Assembly (NCBI GenBank): GCA_016933055.1
Contig: JAFGBS010000001.1
Coordinates: forward strand, 90,001-122,000
Direction: 5' to 3'
Length of the DNA stretch: 32,000 nt
From: Promethearchaeota archaeon
GTDB lineage: Archaea; Asgardarchaeota; Lokiarchaeia; Sigyniarchaeales; Promethearchaeaceae
The position numbers and the translations under genes were made by a program. Shown in pieces: positions 1-6,121 of the stretch; position 1 is the first letter of the stretch, and each line of letters begins with the position of its first letter. The notes beneath the pieces are model-generated. The model was not told where the DNA came from. It searched no databases and worked only from the letters and a program-made list of their open reading frames with translations.

Positions 1-375
1 GCCGTACTGATCAGTCGAAATATAATCAATATGCTTGAACAAGGTATAGATATTGCTTCTATCAGCGAAATTGTAAAGATAGGAACTAAATATACAGAAA
101 TTATGACTCAAATATTTTTTAATTGGAAAAATGATAATAAAGATGGTGTTCGGCAGCCTTTAGATGAGAGTAATGTATACCAAGCTAATCTATACCTTGA
201 TCAATTGGGTGTTGTCAAATTGGAGTGTGCAAAATTGATGGAAAGATTTCGAAAACAATCAATTAACTCCTATTTATATGTTATCCTCGAGAAAATTCAA
301 CAATCCATCAAAACATTGTCCAATATCGCTTTAATTTCAATTGACATCGTAGAGGGCAAGCTTCCCCAAGACTAA
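1..375 (+). CDS. 3' end of a gene entering from the left edge; possibly a PhoU-like helical regulator
   Basis: Frame 1 is open from base 1 (AVLISRNIIN) into the tracked ORF at 31, so the true start is probably outside the window. The all-helical C-terminus LEKIQQSIKTLSNIALISID loosely resembles the PhoU repeat end (LERIxDHxxNIAE). The assignment is weak. Confidence 0.4.
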   Translation, partial: AVLISRNIINMLEQGIDIASISEIVKIGTKYTEIMTQIFFNWKNDNKDGVRQPLDESNVYQANLYLDQLGVVKLECAKLMERFRKQSINSYLYVILEKIQQSIKTLSNIALISIDIVEGKLPQD

Positions 376-476
376 AGATTATTTATCTCCTTTTTTCTAT
401 ATAGGAAATATCAAAATTATATATATCTATAGGAACAACTAATTGGTATAAACAAGATAATTGATTGTGATGCACC

Positions 477-1901
477 ATGAAGTATGAAGAAATTATACAA
501 AGATTGGAGAATTTACGTGAAACTCCACCTGTAGATGTATCAAATTCTGTGATCGAGCCAGCGATTCAAGAATTTTATAAGAGATACCCGAAATCTCTCG
601 CAATGTTCGAAGAAATGAAGAAATACATACCTGGTGGAATTGAACATATGAATTCCATTCAATATCCCTTCCCAATCGTCATAAATAAAGCCCAGGGACC
701 TTATCTATTTGATTTGAATGGAAACAAATTTATAGATTACCTTATGACCTCGGGTCCATGCATTTTGGGTCATAACTATCCTGAAGTGCGAGACTATGTC
801 ATTGAAGTATTAAGAGAAAATGGACCTGCTACAGGAGTCATGTGTGAATATGAGTTACTTGCTGCAAAAAAGATATGCGAGCATATGGAGAACGTAAGTA
901 AGGTAAGATTCTATCAGAGTGGCTCTGAGGCAAATATGGCGATGGCTCGAATTGCGAGGTTGTATACGGATAAGAAAAAAATCATCAAGGTGGAAGGGTC
1001 GTATCATGGATGGGCGGATCAGTTTGTCACGGGACTTCATTTACCAGGGACAGGTCCTATGTTCGCTCATGGCATTCCTCCAGAGCATTATTCTAATACC
1101 GTAGGAGTTATGCCAAATGATATTGAAGGGATAAAGAAAGCGATTTCTGATAATAAAGATAAGGGGGGTACAGCTGCAATTGTGCTAGAGGCATGTGGGG
1201 GGGATTCTGGTACTTTTCCTCCCGCTCCCGGATATTTGGAGGAAGTTAGGGAAATATGCACAGAAAATGATGTGCTACTCGTGTTTGACGAAGTTGTTAC
1301 GGGTTTTCGACTTAGTATGGGTGGAGCTCAAGAATATTATGGAATTGATGCAGATATATCAGTTTTAGGTAAGATTGTGGGTCACGAATACCCTAGTGCA
1401 GGCGCAGTTGGCGCACGAGACGATATCATGCAGATGATTTTGGGAAAGGGAGGAAATAATTCTGAAATCGGTCAAAAAGTCTTTACAGCAGGTACCATGG
1501 CTGGGACTAACTTAACCAGTGCTGCAGCTTATAAAGCAATTGAATGCATCGAAAAAACAAACACTATTGAAATTGCCGGCAAGGTTGCGGATGAACTATC
1601 CAAGGGGTTGAATAAAATCTTCGCAGATTATAAGCTTCCGTTTTTCACATATAATTTCAAATCTATAATCCAGCTGCGTATGTCAGGTTTTTATACTGTA
1701 GATCTAACTAAACCTAACGCAATCAAAGAAGTTTTACAGCGCAGAGAAAACGCAGCAAAATATCAAATATTAGAAGCTCTAGAGGGAATCAACACATTAC
1801 AATCTATCCGAATGTATACCTCATTGATGCATAATGATAATAAACTAATCAATGATACTCTTGTTGGATTCGAACGTATTTGTCAAAAATTATCAAAATG
1901 A
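477..1901 (+). CDS. Class-III PLP-dependent aminotransferase, glutamate-1-semialdehyde aminomutase-like
   Basis: Motifs AQGPYLFDLNGNKFIDY, RFYQSGSEA, EGSYHG, VFDEVVTGFR, DISVLGKIVG (PLP lysine) and AGTMAG. Confidence 0.9.
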   Translation: MKYEEIIQRLENLRETPPVDVSNSVIEPAIQEFYKRYPKSLAMFEEMKKYIPGGIEHMNSIQYPFPIVINKAQGPYLFDLNGNKFIDYLMTSGPCILGHNYPEVRDYVIEVLRENGPATGVMCEYELLAAKKICEHMENVSKVRFYQSGSEANMAMARIARLYTDKKKIIKVEGSYHGWADQFVTGLHLPGTGPMFAHGIPPEHYSNTVGVMPNDIEGIKKAISDNKDKGGTAAIVLEACGGDSGTFPPAPGYLEEVREICTENDVLLVFDEVVTGFRLSMGGAQEYYGIDADISVLGKIVGHEYPSAGAVGARDDIMQMILGKGGNNSEIGQKVFTAGTMAGTNLTSAAAYKAIECIEKTNTIEIAGKVADELSKGLNKIFADYKLPFFTYNFKSIIQLRMSGFYTVDLTKPNAIKEVLQRRENAAKYQILEALEGINTLQSIRMYTSLMHNDNKLINDTLVGFERICQKLSK

Positions 1902-1954
1902 AAGCTAGGCAAAGATAAAAACAGCAACATCACGAATTCCCCAAAATTAAGGAA

Positions 1955-2806
1955 TTAATAGTCTCCGGGAGTTTTACTTCGGATTCTCGGAGTTTTTTCC
2001 CGTATTTCTGGAGTTTTGGACTTCATATTTCGCATAAGGTCCTCTAAATCGCTTTGCATTTTATTTACCTTCCGCATTTTTTCATCTAAATCCTTTCTAT
2101 CTCTTTTCATTTGTTTTTGTTCATCTTCTAACCGTGAACGTTCCTTTCTAAGTTGATGTTTTTCATCCTCAATCCGTCTCCTCTCATTCTCAATTTTTTT
2201 ATTTTCATTTTTCAACAGATCATTATCTCGAAGGAGTCTATTGTATTCCTTTTCCTTATCATTAATTTTATTTTCTAATTGTCTCTGCTTCCGTTCTAAA
2301 TCAGGAATTGCCTTTTTATATTTGTTATATTCATCCTCCGCTCGTTTTGCTTTCTCTTCTGCATCACTTTTTCGTCTATTTAAGCGGTCTTCCTCTCTTC
2401 TTTTTTTATCTGCAAATTCTCTTTGATCATCGCGTAATTTTGTTACTTCGCGATTTATAGCATCTTCCCGACGATCTAAACGATCCTTTTCATCTTTCAT
2501 ACTTTTTTGTTGCTTTTCTAACCATGCATTTTCATTTAGGAGTTTATCCCGCTGTTTCTGTAATTCTTTAAGTTCTTGAATAAATTTTTGACGCTGCTGT
2601 TCTAACTCTTCCAAAGATTTAGGATATTTCTCCATTTTCTTTAAGATTTTTTGCCATTCTTTTCGTTCATCTTCTAATTTTTTACGTTCTTCCTCCAGTT
2701 TTTCCCATTGTTTACGAATATCATTCGAATCTACCTCAAGATATGGTTCAGGAGTTTTAGAAATAATATCTTTTGGTGTTTTTGATCGGATCTGCTTTCG
2801 TCCCAT
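1955..2806 (-). CDS. Long coiled-coil protein with SKTP-repeat head and tail
   Basis: 283-aa ORF with an ATG start. Hydrophobic residues fall at exact 7-residue spacing over residues 68-131 (L,F,L,L,L,M,L,I,L,F) and 191-261. The Pro-containing termini carry five (S/E)KTP motifs. Confidence 0.88.
   Translation of the reverse strand: MGRKQIRSKTPKDIISKTPEPYLEVDSNDIRKQWEKLEEERKKLEDERKEWQKILKKMEKYPKSLEELEQQRQKFIQELKELQKQRDKLLNENAWLEKQQKSMKDEKDRLDRREDAINREVTKLRDDQREFADKKRREEDRLNRRKSDAEEKAKRAEDEYNKYKKAIPDLERKQRQLENKINDKEKEYNRLLRDNDLLKNENKKIENERRRIEDEKHQLRKERSRLEDEQKQMKRDRKDLDEKMRKVNKMQSDLEDLMRNMKSKTPEIREKTPRIRSKTPGDY
1968..2017 (-). repeat. Degenerate 21-bp-period repeat encoding three KTP units
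   Basis: ggagtttt occurs at 1968, 1989 and 2010 on the + strand; on the - strand this region encodes MKSKTP-E-IREKTP-R-IRSKTP. Confidence 0.8.
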
Positions 2807-2850
2807 ATATTAAGGTAGATATTATTGACTCAAAAAATTATTGCCCTAGA

Positions 2851-2879
2851 GAATTCATAGAATTATTTTGTATGAATTC
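2851..2879. promoter_or_regulatory. 9-11-9 perfect-arm inverted repeat in the divergent promoter region; candidate operator
   Basis: gaattcata-N11-tatgaattc lies between the divergent starts at 2806 (-) and 2959 (+). Confidence 0.55.
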
Positions 2880-2958
2880 AGCATAGATTTTTATTTTCAC
2901 ACTTTAAGTTGTAAGTACATTTTTTACGATTAGAAAAAAATTTAAATGAGGAATAAGA

Positions 2959-3330
2959 ATGTCAAAAGAATTTGATGAAGATTTAGATGAAGATTTAGAT
3001 GAAGACTTAGAGGAACCTGAGGTAGCATCTAAGACTCCAACCAAGGTTGTATCCAAAACTCCAGCTCCAAGAGTAGCAGGAAATGATCTTTCAATTTTCC
3101 TAATGTCCACTATTGGTCCTGGGGAAAAGAAGCAAAAATTATTAGTTAACACGGGGAATTCGGTCGGGGATATTAAACAGACAGTGGGAAGTATTTTCGG
3201 TGTAGATCCATCCGATTTCCACCTGAGTCATGGGGGAATCACAATGGATGATGGAAATTACTTAAAAGATTATCCCATAAAAGATGGAGATACAGTTCTA
3301 TTAATCCCGGCAAGTACTGCGGGGATGTAA
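2959..3330 (+). CDS. Ubiquitin-like (beta-grasp) protein with acidic N-terminal tail, ending STAG-M
   Basis: Residues ~43-122 align by eye with ubiquitin: SVGDIKQTVGSIFGVDPSDFHLSHGG vs [26 protein letters not shown], and YLKDYPIKDGDTVLLI vs TLSDYNIQKESTLHLV. It is the first gene of the E1/E2/JAMM cassette, with RBS-like gagga upstream. Confidence 0.9.
   Translation: MSKEFDEDLDEDLDEDLEEPEVASKTPTKVVSKTPAPRVAGNDLSIFLMSTIGPGEKKQKLLVNTGNSVGDIKQTVGSIFGVDPSDFHLSHGGITMDDGNYLKDYPIKDGDTVLLIPASTAGM
2974..3009 (+). repeat. 12-bp tandem repeat x3 encoding (DEDL)3
   Basis: gatgaagattta / gatgaagattta / gatgaagactta; one mismatch in the third copy. Confidence 0.95.
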
Positions 3331-3417
3331 TAACAATTTTTCTTTACTCCCTTTTATAAACCAAGTAATCAGAATTAGTTATCCTATACAAGTATTAAAC
3401 TTACCGAGTAGCTTGGA

Positions 3418-4665
3418 ATGTCAGAATCAGATTTTTTTTCAAATAATCTTACAGAAGAAGAACGTGAATTATATGATCGACAATTTCGCTTACAAGGATG
3501 GAATCAAAGCATATTAAAAAACTCTCGAGTATTGATGGTAGGGGTGGGAGGGTTAGGATGTGAAATTGCTAAAAATCTGACAATGGTGGGAGTAGGACAT
3601 ATAGACTTAGTTGATTTGGATGTAATAGAACATTCCAACTTAAACCGACAGATGCTTTTTATAGGTGCGAAGGTTGCTCGTCCGAAAGCTCTAGCAGCAG
3701 TTGATATGCTGAAAAAAATTAACCCAAATATCACCATTAAAGGATATCGTTCCTCATTGGAACAATTACCTCCCGTATTATACAAAAAAGCCGATGTGAT
3801 TATCAGTGGATTGGATTCCATGCAAGCACGCCTAAACCTAAATACTCAAGTTATTCGGTTTAATAAACCTCTCGTGGATGGTGGTGTAAATGGATATCAC
3901 GGTCACATTTATACAATTTTTCCTAAAATAAATGCATGCTTTGAGTGTTATTCCGTTTCCTCCTCTGAAAGTGATGATATGGCTGCATGTACCGTAGTAG
4001 GAATACCCCGCAAACGAATCCATTGTTTGTTTAAAGCAATGATGAAATTTGAGGAGATTAATTCAAATCCCCCTAATGTGAAGAATATTAAAGAACTCAA
4101 ATTTTTGAAGGATAATGCTAATGAATTGGTGGAAAAATTTGGATTCGAACCCCTATTTGAAGAAAAAGAAATCATTCAAATTATTGATCACCATGATCCG
4201 GGAATTATTACCATCAATGCAGTAATTGCGAGCATACAGTCGCACGAGGTGATTAAAATACTGAATTATATTAAGGGTAATAAAGGATTGGGAATTCCGA
4301 ATAAATCTTACATTATCTATAATGGTATGACAGCTCGATTTTATCATTTGGACAAACCACGGAATGATAAATGCCCTCAATGCGGGGATGACGTCCTTTG
4401 GGAAGACTTCTATTTACGCAAAGATCAGCCCCTACAGTTAATTATTGATGGATTGAAAATGAAAGGTCATAACTTAGATTCTGAAATGGAACCGATTATA
4501 ACCATACCAGATTTTAACTCCATTCGGGAACTGGATCTGCAGAGAACTGTCCTGGAAAATAGATTGTTTCCACTCTCATTACTCACAATTTCTGGATTCA
4601 CAGAAGGGGATATTTATGTTACTCTGCATATATTCAAAGATAAGACCCTCAAACACAGTTCATAA
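3418..4665 (+). CDS. Ubiquitin-activating enzyme E1 (ThiF/MoeB superfamily, UBA3-like)
   Basis: YDRQ, GVGGLG and DLDVIEHSNLNRQ adenylation motifs. Zn motifs CFEC and CPQC. The catalytic Cys191 segment ACTVVGIPRKRIHC matches UBA3 MCTIASMPRLPEHC. There is a ~90-aa C-terminal extension. Confidence 0.93.
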   Translation: MSESDFFSNNLTEEERELYDRQFRLQGWNQSILKNSRVLMVGVGGLGCEIAKNLTMVGVGHIDLVDLDVIEHSNLNRQMLFIGAKVARPKALAAVDMLKKINPNITIKGYRSSLEQLPPVLYKKADVIISGLDSMQARLNLNTQVIRFNKPLVDGGVNGYHGHIYTIFPKINACFECYSVSSSESDDMAACTVVGIPRKRIHCLFKAMMKFEEINSNPPNVKNIKELKFLKDNANELVEKFGFEPLFEEKEIIQIIDHHDPGIITINAVIASIQSHEVIKILNYIKGNKGLGIPNKSYIIYNGMTARFYHLDKPRNDKCPQCGDDVLWEDFYLRKDQPLQLIIDGLKMKGHNLDSEMEPIITIPDFNSIRELDLQRTVLENRLFPLSLLTISGFTEGDIYVTLHIFKDKTLKHSS

Positions 4666-4695
4666 TAAATATAAAAAATATCAAAAGGAAGAAAT

Positions 4696-5223
4696 ATGTC
4701 AATCAGACAAAAGCGAGTATCCCAAGAATTTGCTCGTTTGAAGAAATTGTATAAAGAAGGTACAATCAAACAGCTGAAAGCTTTTGATTCCGAGAAAAAA
4801 AGTATTGATCATCTGAAGATCCTAATTCAAGGACCAAAAGGAAGTGCTTATCAGGGAGGTTATTTCAAATTAGAAATGAAATTTCCTAAGGATTATCCAA
4901 ATCAACCCCCCTTCGTACGACTACATACTCCTATTTGGCATCCCAATTTCTGGCCTAAACCAACGGAATACTCAGGTCAACGGAATATTTGTTTAGCATT
5001 AATAGATCCAAATTTTATCGGGAAAAAAGGCGGATGGAGCCCATCCAAGACTTCTGTGACGGTCGTACAAGCAATTATTGCAATGTTGAACACTTCGGGA
5101 CAATATATTAACCCTACTGATGTTTTTAACAAAAAAGCAGCCCTGGAAATGATGGAAAATCGAAAGAAATTTGATAAAAAGGTTAAAAATCTTGTTAGAA
5201 AATATGCCAACCAAAAATGGTAA
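4696..5223 (+). CDS. Ubiquitin-conjugating enzyme E2 (UBC fold)
   Basis: GPKGSAYQGGYFKLEMKFPKDYPNQPP, HPN (82-84), catalytic Cys99 in NICLAL, WSP, and NPTDVFNKKAA. Confidence 0.95.
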   Translation: MSIRQKRVSQEFARLKKLYKEGTIKQLKAFDSEKKSIDHLKILIQGPKGSAYQGGYFKLEMKFPKDYPNQPPFVRLHTPIWHPNFWPKPTEYSGQRNICLALIDPNFIGKKGGWSPSKTSVTVVQAIIAMLNTSGQYINPTDVFNKKAALEMMENRKKFDKKVKNLVRKYANQKW

Positions 5224-5243
5224 TTGGAGGATAGGTCACCGAA

Positions 5244-6044
5244 ATGGACGACGAAGAATCAATGGATATTGAAAGCTTGAAAGAAAAGTTAAAAGCTGAA
5301 ATGCTCCAAAAATTACGCAAAGAAATTAAAAAAGAAGTACTAATGGAGATTTACAATGAATTAAAGTCTGAAGAGAAAGAGACAATCCAAAATAAAATTG
5401 CACATGAAAATCATGAGATCGGAAAATATGAATCTGATTCCAAAGGAGAACTCGTAAGAGAGGGCACAAAGAAAGAAAAAGTTCTTGTTCAAATTAAAAC
5501 GATTATGAAAGTTGTATCCCATGCTTTGAAATATGCTAACAACAATATCCCTAAAGAGTACTGGGTAGAAGTAATCGGTTTGTTATCGGGAAAATTCGAC
5601 CAGAAAAAAAATATTGTCACAATCGAAGATGCTTATCCAATGGGACATGGAAATGCTGTGTACGCCGAAATTAAAGATTATAAGAATTTTGTAAGAGCCT
5701 ATCAAGATTTAAGTTCTAAAGGGCAATTTATTTGCGGTTGGTATCATTCTCATCCTTCATATGGGCTTTTTTTATCTTCTGAAGATATGGGGACTCAAGC
5801 CCGATATCAGAAATTTTGGGATAAATCGTTGGCTTTAGTAATTGATCCCACCCAGATAGATGGAAATAAATTGGGATTCGACATCTTTCGAGCGAATATG
5901 CGAACAAAAAAGTGGTATAAAGTTCCTTTTTTAATCGAAGGAAATTTAGATGCAAAATCTTTACCGGGATTGGTTGATTTCGTGAATCCCATTGTTGAAG
6001 GAAAGAAAATATTTTTAGAATATGATGAATCTACCAGCGGATAA
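5244..6044 (+). CDS. JAMM/MPN+ metalloprotease (Rpn11-like deubiquitylase or maturase) with N-terminal extension
   Basis: E109 in EVIGLL and an intact H168-S-H170-x7-S178-x2-D181 JAMM motif (GWYHSHPSYGLFLSSED); ALVIDP follows. Confidence 0.95.
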   Translation: MDDEESMDIESLKEKLKAEMLQKLRKEIKKEVLMEIYNELKSEEKETIQNKIAHENHEIGKYESDSKGELVREGTKKEKVLVQIKTIMKVVSHALKYANNNIPKEYWVEVIGLLSGKFDQKKNIVTIEDAYPMGHGNAVYAEIKDYKNFVRAYQDLSSKGQFICGWYHSHPSYGLFLSSEDMGTQARYQKFWDKSLALVIDPTQIDGNKLGFDIFRANMRTKKWYKVPFLIEGNLDAKSLPGLVDFVNPIVEGKKIFLEYDESTSG

Positions 6045-6121
6045 GCCTTTTATCTTTATTTTTTGTTTATTCATCATAAGCCATGCTTTTAGGATATAAT
6101 TAATTATATTGTGTGATTTAA

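Noticed and set aside
1955-2806. Coiled-coil gene as an ESCRT-III, Vps23/Vps37 or SMC component
   Set aside because: It has continuous heptads with basic Pro-rich ends, no acidic MIM-type tail, no UEV domain and no Walker motifs. Proximity to ubiquitin genes alone is not evidence.
3052-3069. SKTPAP in the Ubl tail as a P(S/T)AP late-domain motif
   Set aside because: The sequence is T-P-A-P, not P-T-A-P, and no UEV partner is encoded in the window.
2241-4380. Shadow ORFs opposite or within the coiled-coil, Ubl and E1 genes (2241-2426, 2904-3152, 3504-3821, 3838-4023, 3948-4175, 4153-4380)
   Set aside because: They lie mostly or wholly within well-supported genes, have no motifs, and show the Ser/Phe/Leu-rich composition expected from antisense reading of charged-residue codons.
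5038-5055. SPSKTS in the E2 as another copy of the SKTP motif
   Set aside because: It lacks the Pro and the upstream hydrophobic residue, and it sits at the structurally conserved WSP position of the UBC fold.
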